From Eremomyces bilateralis CBS 781.70 (Eukaryota), in the NCBI GenBank assembly GCA_010015585.1, contig ML975151.1: a stretch of 64,000 bases of DNA, one strand, 5' to 3'. The number at the start of each line of letters is the position of its first letter. Position 1 is the stretch's first letter. This document shows positions 10,316-22,444 of the stretch, piece after piece. Both the position numbers and the translations under genes were made by a program. Below the pieces are notes generated by a model that worked only from the letters and a program-made list of their open reading frames with translations, ran no database searches and was not told the DNA's origin.

Positions 10316-11720
10316 AAGGGTGGGGCGCTTAGTCATGGCGCAGAGTCCCAGACTCCCAGTCAATATCACTTCAGCCTCACTTATGTCTTTCTATCACGAA
10401 TTATACAACAATGCCTACCTCAGAGAAGCCCAAACGATTTGAATACGATACTATACGTAAAACGCGATTCTTTGATGCCTATGACACGCTTCCGAAAAGC
10501 TCTTCTTTTAACAGTCTTTGTAAAAGAGAGGGAATAGAGATTCATCCATCAACAGGTCGAAATTGGCTTAAACAGCGCGAACAGTATGGTCGAGCCGCAT
10601 ATCGAAAGACTCGTAAGCTTAGTACACATCTCGGACAGCCCTCTCGAATAAGCGATTCAGATATCCATCGCTTATTAGACCCTTCCAGTCCTCTCCATTA
10701 CCAACCGTACGATGAACAAGGCCTCGAATTCAATGTTAAAGGGAAAACAGTACAACGAAACGTAAAGAAACGGTCAGGAGCCCAACAATTTCAAAAGCCC
10801 TATATCAAAGCTATCTCCCCGGCAAATAAAAGAAGACGGGTCTCGTTTGGTCAACAAAATGAGGGCAAAACATTGACAAGATTTTGGCGATACGTCTACT
10901 TCACGGACGAAGCCCATTTCAATCCTCGAGATTTCTCAGATCGACCTGAATATGAGCTTCGAGTCCCTAATGCGAGTCAACGTCTTCAAAGTCTTCAGGA
11001 AACCAGATCACTCCCACTCAATGTTACCGTTCACGTCGCGAGCGGAGTTTCATACGACCACAAAGGTCCACTTGTTTTCTACAACGATCCAGCTTGTCCG
11101 ACTGTCCCGAAAGCCTACAGGCCGCGCGCCCCTCGCCGATCTGGCATTGAATCAGAAGAGCAATATGCTGAGAACGTCCGAATCTTTCGAGAAACAGCTG
11201 ATCGACCCGAGGTCGAATTAAAGCCCAAAGGAAACTCTATGAGCCAGAGATTCTATCTAAAAGAAGTTCTTCCGCATCATATTAAACACATTAAATGGCT
11301 CGAGGCTAAATATAATCGGAAATTCCTCTTTATTGAGGATAACGACCCATCTCATGGAACTCACTCTAAGAACAATCCTGTTATACAACGAAAGAGAGAT
11401 GAAGATCTCCTCTTACTTGATTACCCCGCTCAATCATCTGATCTTAGTCCGCAAGAGCCAGTTTGGAGAGCGATGAAACAGGTGCTTCGAGGTGGATCGT
11501 GGCATTCGGTGGAGGAATTTAAGCAAGCTATTCGGGCAGCCCATCGCTCGGTATCACAGCGATCAATTAGTGGATATATTAGTGAGATGCCTCAGCGTTG
11601 TAAAAAGCTCATCGAGCTAAAAGGAGGCCGAATTCGCTCCGATAAGTGGTAGAAAATGAATAAATTTGATGAATCTGAGCCTTTGCCAAGCCCTTGCACC
11701 ATGAGTAAGCGCCCCCCCTT
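10316..11720 (+). mobile_element. Tc1/mariner DNA transposon with ~27-bp imperfect inverted repeats
   Basis: AAGGGTGGGGCGCTTAGTCATGGCGCA (10316-10342) versus the reverse complement of 11695-11720, AAGGGGGGGCGCTTACTCATGGTGCA. The repeats enclose an intact transposase. Confidence 0.8.
10411..11652 (+). CDS. Tc1-like DDE transposase (DD38E spacing)
   Basis: YFTDEAHF / FIEDNDPSH / SSDLSPQEPVW, C-terminal EMPQRCKKLIELKGG. 38 residues between the second D and the E (hand count). Confidence 0.92.
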   Translation: MPTSEKPKRFEYDTIRKTRFFDAYDTLPKSSSFNSLCKREGIEIHPSTGRNWLKQREQYGRAAYRKTRKLSTHLGQPSRISDSDIHRLLDPSSPLHYQPYDEQGLEFNVKGKTVQRNVKKRSGAQQFQKPYIKAISPANKRRRVSFGQQNEGKTLTRFWRYVYFTDEAHFNPRDFSDRPEYELRVPNASQRLQSLQETRSLPLNVTVHVASGVSYDHKGPLVFYNDPACPTVPKAYRPRAPRRSGIESEEQYAENVRIFRETADRPEVELKPKGNSMSQRFYLKEVLPHHIKHIKWLEAKYNRKFLFIEDNDPSHGTHSKNNPVIQRKRDEDLLLLDYPAQSSDLSPQEPVWRAMKQVLRGGSWHSVEEFKQAIRAAHRSVSQRSISGYISEMPQRCKKLIELKGGRIRSDKW

Positions 11721-12207
11721 TGGGCCGCTCCAGCAAAGTATGTTCGACAGCGATCTAGACTGGATTAGATCTGGATCTGGATACCGCCGCCTGGATAACT
11801 TCATCCACCTTGGATCATTTGTAAACTGTACTCACCAAGAAATTATACCTTGCAACAGATGATTTCTATATAGGTACTAAGCCATACCAGGATACTAACG
11901 CTGCAATCCATTCTGTCACACGACTCCAGCGTTCCTCCAGTCAATTCAAGGTGTCGAATATGCGCCTCCAGGCAAGTCCGGTGAGGTCCAGCACAGCCCT
12001 TCCATGATGCAGGGCACTGCAGCATCACAAGCCTCATGGAGTCATGGCTGCTAACTTCAAAAGCCAGCAGCTGAGTCTAGATTTCGAGAGGGTTTTAAAG
12101 TCTTGCAGATATCCTTTCCTGTCCATGTAGCTTTTGTTTCGAGTTCTCGGCTTTTTTCTTCGTCTCTTTCAAGTCCAGCGCTTTGTTTCACCTGCTATTA
12201 TTCATAG

Positions 12208-13618
12208 ATGGCATCCAGAGAAGAAAAGCTCGCCACCTTTGCAGACCCGTCCATCGTCTCATCTCATTCGTTAAACATCATCGAGGGCTGGATCGACTCG
12301 CAACAACGTCTACAAGCACAACGAGGCAAAATCTCCTTCCATAACCTTCCCCGCTTCCTAGACGGTACCTCCAGCCCGATCGTCCCCCAAACCCATTCTT
12401 CCCGTCGACGTTTCCGCATCATCTCCTTCCCCCGCCTCGAAAATGGCCGTCTCAAACTGGGCTTCCCCCAACCCACCTATCACCAAATCCGACAATCCTG
12501 GTGTCTCCACGACCTCACCCTAGAAGCCTTCCTAAACAACAACGGCATCCTCTCCAGCCTCGAGACGCAGGACACCACCTGTATCCTCATGAAAGTCGCC
12601 GCATCCCGCTCCACCGGCTTCGATACCGTCTCCATCTCGCACCACCGCGCCGCGAACCTCACCAATGTGCTCTACTACAGCCTCGAAAACGAAGACGGGG
12701 TGTTTGACGCCCTCCTACAACACCCAGAGCGCTGCCTGCAGCCGTCGTTCTTCGCCGCGGTGCTCTACCGCTGCCACCAGCAGCGCATCGAGCGCTTTCG
12801 GGTAATTCTCGACGATGAGATCGTGGGGGTGGAGCGGGGCTCGAAGTTCGGGGGGCCGGGGCGGTTGTTTGGGCATCGGTATCGGCATGAAGAACCGGTC
12901 GTGGAGATGCAGGGGGATAGCATGACGAAGAAGTTGAGTTATGTGCAGACGGAGTTGGCGGTGTTGGGGCATTTGGCGCGGTCGAGTTTGGAGATGGGGG
13001 GGTGGTTGGTGGAGATGGCTAGGCAGGAGCGGGAAGGGGGGCTGGATACGGACGCGAGTGCCGTGACGGAAGAAAAGGGAGAGAAGGAATTGGGGATGCG
13101 GATGTCGGAGAATGTGAGGAAGACCCTCGATGAGGCGGAATACGTGCGCCGGCGTGCAGCGACTGTCGTGTCGCAGATCCAAGCTGTCAACGATCGAGTG
13201 CAGAGTCAGACGACCTTCGTAAGTCCGAGCCGCCACTGAAGTCTACCGATGAAGCCGTCCCTAATCCTCCCACCAGCTCCTCAACAGCTCCCTCCACAAC
13301 CAAACTGACTACACCGCCGCCATTGCCCTCGAGACGAAAAAAGACAGCTCCGCCATGAAAGCCATCGCGGCGCTGACCATCGTCTTCCTCCCCGGCACCT
13401 TCGTGGCGACGGTGTTCAGCATGAATATATTCGACTGGAGCGGCGGTGAGGGTGCCGAGCCGCGCATGTCGAAGTATATCTACGTGTATTGGATCGTCAC
13501 GATTCCCTTGACGCTATTAGTGATGTTCGCCTGGTGGGTTTGGCTTAGGAGGGATCTGGGGAGGTTTCGGAATGTGAGGAGCTTGAGTGACTTGCGGACG
13601 ATGGAGAAGAATGTGTAG
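12208..13618 (+). CDS. Fungal CorA-like membrane protein (two C-terminal TM helices)
   Basis: Coiled-coil region followed by KKDSSAMKAIAALTIVFLPGTFVATVFSMNIFDW...YVYWIVTIPLTLLV. Intron 13219..13276 (GTAAGT...CTAAT...CAG) joins ORFs 12208..13239 and 13355..13618. Confidence 0.85.
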
Positions 13619-15200
13619 GGCTACGACTCTTATGATCTATAGATGGATGGACTAGGGAGGCATTATACAAACGAAGATAAGGTAAGGTATGATAATATTG
13701 TCTTCGGGATGCAGTCCTCTCCGATGCTGACGTCCGCAGAATAGGTAATCGCTGGTTGATATTAACTTTTCAGAAATATTATGCGGGAATCATCATTAGT
13801 ATCATCAATATGAGCATGTGTTTCTTCCATTTACAAATCATTTTCCCTTGGTCCTTCAGAACTTTCCAGTCCCATCACAACATCGATCTCATGAAAACAG
13901 CATCCTCTCTTTTGGGATCCGACGGCATTAGCAACTTTGGAGCCATTATGCAAGAGTCATAGCGTTGCTCGCGGTAGATGTCCACCAGGCAGCAGTCAAA
14001 CACAACGTCAACAATCCCAACTATTGCATACACCCTTCGCATCTGTCCGCCATACTGAAAGCGCAGAGATTTTGGGTGTCGAACAAGGCGGATGGCAGCA
14101 AATATATTCGTTCAATTTAGTATTTCCGAAGTATAGCTGTAGTCCGGTGTTCAGAAACCTAGGATCTTTCTTGCCGCGATCCTCTGCGGAAAGCCTGGAA
14201 AATGATCAGGCCAGGGGGATTGTTTATACAAAACGATCGACCCTAGTTTTGTCCTCATTGACTCGTATCATTTCTGACTCTTGCCTGTTATTTTCTTCAG
14301 TAATCATGCTGAATGGCATCGGGGCTACGTGTTTTCGTATATCGCTATCGCTCGCCGGGCTATCGGTGATATGAGCAAACTAGTTCACCCAGTACATGAG
14401 CAAAAGAAGTTGTTAGTTCAATCCGTGCGGGTTATTATTAACAGGCTTTTTTCTATTCACTAGATTTTCCCAGAGTTTTTTTTTTCTCCTTTGTCGCACA
14501 TCAGCAATAGTGAACCTCATGCTCGATCAATGCTCCCTTGCATGCACCCGGCATTTGAGAGGACAGGAGTTTATATATTGTTTCCCCTTTATTCCCTCTT
14601 CTTTGCCGCGCATCAACAAGAATGACCTTCATGCCCGATCCGTCCGACTCTCGGAATTTGAGATGACACAAGTATCCATAAATTGCTCTCTCATTACGAA
14701 GACGTCTTCAATCTAGAATTAACACTAACCTTGAGTCCGGAGCTTCCAGGGCTCTCTAGTGGGGTATATGCTTCTTGAAGCTATTCGACGGACTAGATAA
14801 CCTCTCCCTTATTCTCTGGGCCAACGACCTTCCCAGCAAGATCAGGATCCTAGAAGTCGTTGCTCACTATCGGATCACTCTCCGAGAATTCCGCTTCAAC
14901 GACCAACAAAATATGGACCATTGGTCTACTTGGTTGGTTACTAACTTATGTGACACGGATAAGAGCCATCGTGGCCTCGTGGAGAGACACCATGCCTGAA
15001 GTGATGTAGGATCAAGCATTGAGCTCAATGATCCGTAGATGGAGGGAGTGAGAGGCTGGGCGGGTCCTTGAGCGAAGCCCTAGAGAAGGAAAGGATACAA
15101 ATGGAAATAGAAGTTGATATTACACATAATTAATGTTTTTTGGCCTGACTTGAACTGACATAAAAATCTATCGTTTTATTTTAAAATAAAAAAATAAATG

Positions 15201-15301
15201 TCCGCCGAACCAGGATCGAACTGGTGACCTTTGGATGCCATGCACGATCATTGAAGATCCGATATTACAGTCCACTGCGCTACCAACTGCGCCACCAGCG
15301 G
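15201..15301 (-). tRNA. tRNA-Tyr (GUA) with 28-nt intron
   Basis: CCGCTGG TG GCGC AGTTGGTA GCGC A GTGGA CTGTAA [intron] A TCCAA AGGTC ACCAG TTCGATC CTGGT TCGGCGG A. Cloverleaf, A/B boxes, intron after position 37 and a downstream T-run terminator. Confidence 0.95.
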
Positions 15302-16784
15302 CAGTTCAATTAATTTTTCTACCTCTGCAAAGCCGTTCCCATGCATTCTCATCTGGCTCTTCAGTCCTTAGCCAAGGGTGCAACAGCCAGCCTGATCGTG
15401 TTTCTTACAGTGCTTGAATATTAGAATATCGCTCAAAATATGTCTTGAAGGCTGGCGAACATGCTCGTCGACCGTTGTGGAAATGAATCCAAGAATCTAA
15501 TTAACTAATGATTTTGCTTCTAAGTTAGTCTCCAAGCTCCCTAAGAACCCCTCCTCGATCCATCATTAGCAATTCGCCCAGAACACCAAGAATTCATCGG
15601 AAAATAGCTAAAACAAAGGAAAAGCAAGGAGACAATAAGATAGCAGGTTGACAAGGACGAACTCAGCCAAAGCGCGGCAGATGAGCAGAGCCGCTGAAGA
15701 TTGGCACACCAGTGACCAGTCACCAGACAGATCGAAACCGAATTAGGGTCACCATGGCAGCACAACCCTGTCAACAACGGGTTTTCATGCCCGCTAACTC
15801 AACAATGCTCCCATCCAATCTGGGGCGATAGCTTTGTCGGTACGCTCTGTCAATTGAATCTTTACGAAGCGTTCATAGATGCCCAGTGCTAATTCGGCTT
15901 CCAGCCTGATAGGAAGCACTATGCCCCTGTCACGAAAATCGTTTTCGATCTAGCTGGTCTTTCACAAAACACCACTTAGCTAATTTTGGTATGCATGAGG
16001 GTGATGTCGGATTTTGACATTCTTGGACGAAATTCGCCTTTTCGTCCTTTGAGAATGAATTTATCGATGTTTCTCCTGACTTATTAAATTTATTACTGCA
16101 TCCTTTCTATGGAGCCGGAGGGACATTCGTTCATACTAAGACATACCTTTTTGACGTGAATAGCGGCATTTATCAGCGGGCTCCCAGGGTGAATGACTGT
16201 CCACTATTCACACTCGTGGCGGCATGTATGAGCCTTGAATAGATTTATTAAAATGTAAATCGACCACCTTTGACAATGCAACTGTATCCCTTGTTGTTAT
16301 AGGCTTTTCTCTTTTAGTCAGGAGAATGAATTCCTCTTGTACTCATTATGGGCACTACTCAAAAGACACCCCTTATTTTCACTCAAAGTGCAGCCCCAGC
16401 ACTAGTGGCCTATTTAAGAATATTGACAATAAAATCAAGGTATTCGTCGCGGTCTGGCGCGAATAAACTAGGGGCCGCAGAGCAAGCACGGGACGGACAG
16501 TCAGGAACCCGGAGTGGGCCGTAAGGAGTCGGCAAAATGGGTGGTAGCAGGGCGGCCTCAAAACAAGTGGAGGAGCCAAATCGGGTAGCAGGGGGGTACC
16601 CGAAGCAGGTGGCTGGAGGTGCCTATAGTGGGCGGTATTTTGGGCATTTGTTTTGGACCGTTCGATAGACAGCACCGCGTTAGATTCCAAGGTCACGCGA
16701 TAGTGTGACATCGATAGAGCATTTCAGAACGCATGTTTTAACTTCTCTTTCGAGGCTTAAGAGTTAAGCACCCTGAATTCACTA

Positions 16785-17346
16785 CTCGTGCCAGGCTTCC
16801 CCCCCCTCCAGGGTGGGTGCGCTACAGATCAACGCAAACCACACAACAACGCAAAGTCTGTACTCAACTCAAATAGTTAATTATCTCAACACCAACATGC
16901 CTCCTGATTTTCAATGGCAGTTTACTGCAAGCGGAGCTCGGCACGCAACAAGGCAGTGACTTGGATCGCTATTTAGATGCCAGCCACAACCGCAAACGAA
17001 AAACAACTCGTCGACGTGTTAATGCAGGAGGTCCTCTTTATGTTAAGGATGCAAATGGCCGGATTGAAGAGCGGAAGGCTACGGAAATGAGGGAGGAGTG
17101 GGAGAAGCGTGAGCGACGCCGGGCGCGCGATAAGAAGAAAAGGCAACGTGAGCTCACAGAGGAGGCTCGCAGGGGAGAAATAAATGGTGAAACAGCTGCT
17201 ACAGCTACTGGAGATCAAGAAAATCTCCCTTATTTTATAGATACTCAACCGTGGTAGAAGAAATCGATTGTTTTGTTGCTTGATGTACTCGATTTTGCGT
17301 TGATTTGTGGCGCACCCACCCTGGAGGGGGGGAAGCCTGGCACGAG
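16785..17346 (+). mobile_element. Internally deleted (non-autonomous) pogo/Fot1-like DNA transposon, 562 bp, TA target duplication
   Basis: ~54-bp TIRs (CTCGTGCCAGGCTTCCCCCCC(C)TCCAGGGTGGGTGCGC...TCAACGCAAA), TA at 16783-84 and 17347-48. The interior keeps only a charged transposase C-terminus (RRRVNAGGPLYVKDA...). Confidence 0.9.
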
Positions 17347-18169
17347 TATTCACTATTCACATGGTATTTCCAGGGTCTTTACTCCTTTACGGGCCCTGGT
17401 CTGTTGCGTGTTTGCCCTTTTATTAGCCAAATCATAAGGTCAAAGATGAAAGATCTGTGCGCCGAATTTGCTAGTAAGAAGGCACAGACACGGCAGACTA
17501 GGGCTGGTGAAGGAATGAATAATGCAAATGAAAAGTACATGACAGGATTCTTGAAAAGATTGATTAATATTCAACGGCTCAATGTATTATTCCGATCCCG
17601 TACCAACAATGGCTCAGAACATAAGAAACAGTTGGCTGCCTGCAGGGTTTGATGTTACATCTAAATATGGTAAGCAAAACTTGGGGATCACGATGGAGAG
17701 CAGCCGGACAACGGGAGAACGATACTCTGGGGCTATCCGTTGCAACTTCAATGGCTTACCAATTGCTTCGTCTGTAATAATGGATTGCCACTTTGGTAGA
17801 GACGCTGTCCTTCCCCGCTGGTCGGTTGCACAGATCGACGCTCAAAGCTCTGCTTATTATCAGCCCAATCGCACTTGTGTTTCTGGACGGAGATATCAGA
17901 CTACCGCTTCAGGGTTAGGGTCTTCAAATCAGGGTTTCAATTGGTCGATGGCATCGTTAAATCCCTAAATGGTATATATGGCGCCACATCCTAAAAACCT
18001 AACCCCGACGCTAGCTACTACATACGTACGTATCAGTTCGTCAAGTATTTTAGTTGCTAACAACTCCTTATGACGACGCTTCCTGTTGACATGTCCTAGG
18101 AGGCTTGGTCGGACCAGCACGGAATGGACAACTCCCTTTAAAAAGGGGCATAGAATATTATTAAAGAGC

Positions 18170-20426
18170 ATGGATTCTAACGCTGTTGAGGGGAGGAAGC
18201 AGACCGATCTTGGTCTGACACCACAACCGAACATGACCGGCATCGCTGATTTCACAAACATATTTCGGGCTTATCCCAACCCAAACACAGCACGCAAAGT
18301 CATTAAACGGCCGCGCCAGGCGTTTTCCTGCACAGCATGCCGAACCCGCAAGCTCAAGTGTGACCGAGAACGCCCATGTGGGATCTGCATCGCAAGAGGA
18401 GATGACGAAAAGTGTAGATATGCGTCGACGCCGAAGCAGCAGAAGGAGTCGAGGCTGGGCGTCCAGGGGCAGTTGCAGAGATTGGAAGAAATGGTGTCAA
18501 AACTGGTCCAAGATGGTAGTGCTGTTGCGAACTCGAATACAGCAATTACTCCGGATGATTCCACTTCCAGTTCCAATATGTCTACCAACGGCACGCAGCT
18601 GACGCTGGACTCTGAAGGGAGAGGCAGTGCGGAACCCGGCCCTAGATCAGTGTATACGGGGGCGACACATTGGACCACAGTCCTCGACGGTATCCGCGAT
18701 ATCCAAGACTGGCTTGACTTCGAACCCGAACCCATCCCATCGGCCCCGAACCCCCCGTCTAGTGGCGGGTTGTATGGCTTCATCTTCGGCGATCTGGAGC
18801 CGCTGAAGGTTGAAGAAGCCATCGAAGCGATACCTCCTCGTTCAGTCACCGATCCACTTCTGCAATTGTACTTCAGTTCGAAGTTCGCTTCGCCTACGTT
18901 TCTCCATGAGGGGAAGTTTCATCGTGACTACGAGCGCTTTCGAACTGACCCGGCTAGAACAAGCCTCTTCTGGATCAGTCTGCTCTATTCCGCACTCAGC
19001 ATCGCGGCGCTTGCGGCTCACGGCAGCAGACATTATCTAACCAAGCAATCCTACAATATTGACCCTGCGGCCCTCCGGAAGAAAGCCGGCCAGTGTCTGG
19101 TGACTGCCGAATATCACGAAGCGCAGCAGTATACTATCGAGTCGTTGGTACTATATTGTTTGGCGGGATTTTACGCCACCAGCGAGGCTGATTCGTCGCT
19201 TTGGTCGTTGTTCGGATTGGTGACCAGACAAGCCCAGAGGATGGGCTATCATCGTGACCCAAGTCACCTAAAGAGCAATGATATCACACCTTTCGAAGCC
19301 GAGATGCGGCGACGCGTATGGTTCTATCTTGAGACGTTCGACGTCCTATTCTCTTTTCACCTCGGGTTGCCTCCAATCATCCACGAAGGTGTCTGTGACA
19401 CTACACCACCGAGCCACCTCCTGGACGAAGATTTTGATGAACACAGTGAAGTACTCCCAGAGCCTCGATCGGACGTAGAACCGACGCACATGCTCTACCA
19501 GTACTATAAGTCGGCGTATATGCGAGCCTTCCGCAAAGTTGTCCGACACGCCCTCGCCGCCGGCAAACCGTCCTTCGAAGAGACCATCCTGCTCACGAAC
19601 GAAATGGAGGACTTTCATAACGGGCTCGCTGAAAGCTTGAAGATCCGGCCCCTTCAAGTCACACACTTCACCGACCCACCCTCTACGATCATGCATCGAC
19701 TGATGCTCGAAATGTGCTACCTGAAGAGCATGTGCGTGCTGCACCGTACCTACCTTAATTTCGAAAAACGCAATCCCAAATATGACCGATCCCGGGAAAT
19801 CTGCCGTGCGGCTGCCATTCGGATCCTCGAGCTACAGTCCGAGTACCACCGCGAGAGCCAACCGGGGGGTCGACTGCACGAATCCAGCTGGATGATGTCG
19901 AGCCTGAACCATGACGACTTCCTGCTTGGCGCCATGATCGTCTGCCTGGATCTGCGAGAGAACGAGTCGATGAGCGTAACGGACCGAGCTCGGAAGATTG
20001 AGGCGCTGGAGATTTCGCACGATATCTGGTCGGAGCGGAAGGATCGCTCGATGGATGTGCAGCACGCGCTGAAGGTCCTGGGATTGATTTTGAAAAGTGT
20101 GAAGGGGCACGAGAATTGGCATCTGGGGATGCAAGACTCAGAGGTCGCAGTGATGGCATCCAGTGCTTTACTGGCTGGGAGTAGCATGCAATTTGAATCG
20201 CTGCTTATGCCGGGGACGGTGCAATGTGATATGGAGGACCTGTCCCTGGCCTTGATAGATTCTGAGGGATTCGATGAATTGTTGAATGACTCGGCGAACA
20301 TTGATTGGGTGAGTTGACGTACTGAATAGCTTTGATTGCTACGGTAGACACTGACTTGCGTAGAATGCTATCGACGGATTCATTTTCGATCGTAATGGCA
20401 ACCTTGATCACTCCGTGTACTCCTAG
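18170..20426 (+). CDS. Zn(II)2Cys6 fungal-specific transcription factor
   Basis: SCTACRTRKLKCDRERPCGICIARGDDEKC, plus a fungal TF middle domain (AQRMGYHRDP, EAEMRRRVW). Terminal intron 20309..20363. Start is ATG 18170 or 18233. Confidence 0.92.
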
Positions 20427-20604
20427 CTTCCAGTGCCAACCCGCCATTCCCCTGAGGCAGCTATAGATGGATACGTACGCCTCAACTTTTAAATAACCAG
20501 TCTGTAACATAAAGCACATATAGGGAAGTCCAAATATCCCAAGCAAAATTGAGGCGTAACGACAAACCACGCCACAAGGATTGGTGCTCAAAAGCAACCT
20601 GAGC

Positions 20605-21872
20605 TCAGAGGAACGCCAGGTCAGAATCATCCCCGATCGTCCCGTCAGCATCCAACTTCAGTATCTCACAAACCTGCTGCAACATCTTCCGCATCTTCTC
20701 CAGTATTTTTCTCTTGTTCCCCCCTTCATTCCGGCAGCGCAGGGTGATGACCTGTAGATTGAGATTTAGGCTTCGGTATGCCTTCACTAGGACTTTGATC
20801 TTGCGATAGTCCAGCTGTTGGAAATCGGCCCAACTCAGCGACCTTCCTTTCCCCCTAGTGGTGATCCCATTTAACCAGTCGGACGGGTGGTTGGTGAGGA
20901 TCTCGGTTAGCGAGTCGAAGACCCGCATCTGCGTCTCACGGATGGACTTGGCCGTGGCGGCTAGGCTCTCGGCGCTGTCGACGAGGTAGAAATCGTCAGG
21001 GTCAGAGGAATCACGCGTAAATGAGATGGTGGAGGAGGCGTCCGATACGCGGCTGGTTGTTGAGGCGGTAGATATCGAACTGCGGTGGTGTGGTGGAGCA
21101 CTGGCCCTCCCTGAGTCGCTGGTTTCGACGATCATCGGCTCCTCACATTCCAATTCTTCGAGGAGCGGAACCGAGGCACGCATTTCGTCTTTCAAGTCAT
21201 ATAGAGCGGATCGTATGGTGGTTATATTCCCATTGCGGTTGGGCTGGGCGATATTTTTGGCCAGATACTCGTCCAAATCACTGATGAAGCGCGGTTAAGA
21301 CACTGATAGCCCCATCATGACGCGGAGTTGCTCACTTACCACTTGAAGATCGGTAAGAATTCCTTCAAAAATGTGGTCCTCTTCATCAACGTATTCGAAA
21401 GAGGCACCAGCTTTTTTACCACCTGCTCCGCGCTCCGAATCTCGACAAACCCTTCCTCATGCCCACTCCCCTCTGCCTCCTCTCCTTTCTCCTCCATGAC
21501 GCCTTCCAGCAGTTGCGCCGCCTGGTCTCCCAACTCATTCACCGCCGCCAACGTATCTTGCACCCAATCCCCAATGCTCGGGTCCACCGGCGGTGGAGAC
21601 CCATCATATCCACTACTCTCCACCTGCAGCGAGTAGCTGCCGAGGATAGTCTTCAGCTCCGTCGACAGCTTGGAGAGCTGGCGACATTGCTGCTCGAGCG
21701 TTGATGCAGCGGAGGGGGAGGCGCGGTCCTGAAGTTCGGTGACGAGGGGCAGGGCGGACTCGGTGCAGTCGATGAGCGCGGAGATGCAGCTGGTCAGGCA
21801 TGGGATGTCGACCGCGACTTGCTCAAGGAAGGAGGCGACCATTGGGCTAGTTTCGAATTCAGTGTCGGTCAT
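20605..21872 (-). CDS. Hypothetical alpha-helical protein (two exons)
   Basis: ORFs 21336..21959 and 20605..21276 join in frame through intron 21339..21281 (GTAAGT...TTAAC...CAG): FLKEFLPIFK-C-DLDEYL. Confidence 0.7.
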
Positions 21873-22444
21873 GCTGTTCACGTTGGCCTCAGTGAGGATA
21901 CGACAAAAGGTGATGTGAATTCTGAGAGGAAGATTGCGGCCTTGCGATCGATTCGACACTTCAGCTGTTGCCTAATAATAGCTGCGATCGATTCCGGCTG
22001 TGATGCGGTATCTTGATACTACCACTTGGGTTGGCGCCCGCCAATTGACCCGGGTGTGGATTCTCTTTTATATATGTATATTTATATAAACATCTGGAAA
22101 ACGAACCTGCTGAGGCGTTTCTTCAGTTACTCTAATCCATATACTATTCTCACCTACAGATCCCTCGATCTCTTAGAATCACACCAGAACAACGCCACTT
22201 GCTGATTCGAGGTTAGAGTAGATGCGGGGAAGGGAGCTGAGTTGACCCCTGAAACCAGCCAATGACCGGAAAGAGTTTCCGTAGCCCTACCCAGCTTCCG
22301 AGCATCCGGAGCTATGATCGGGTCGGAAACTACTACTTCAGTCACTGGAAGAGGACCATATTGAGGCATGTAAACGCTAATATTACTGTTCGCTATAGTA
22401 CAGTCGCGCCGGATCGAGAATATAGTCCTATTACCCGGCAACAC

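Noticed and set aside
1945..11720. Composite transposon carrying the ligase, microprotein and hydratase between the two Tc1 elements
   Set aside because: The two elements have different TIRs and divergent transposases, and there is no shared outer TSD.
13756..15000. Possible decayed gene (faint ankyrin-, kinase- or NB-ARC-like words on the minus strand)
   Set aside because: Fragments are too short and inconsistent to support a call.
16424..16710. Possible solo LTR (TGACA...TGACA, GC-rich 287 bp)
   Set aside because: Flanks AATAT/TCGAT are not a target duplication and no second copy is present in the window.
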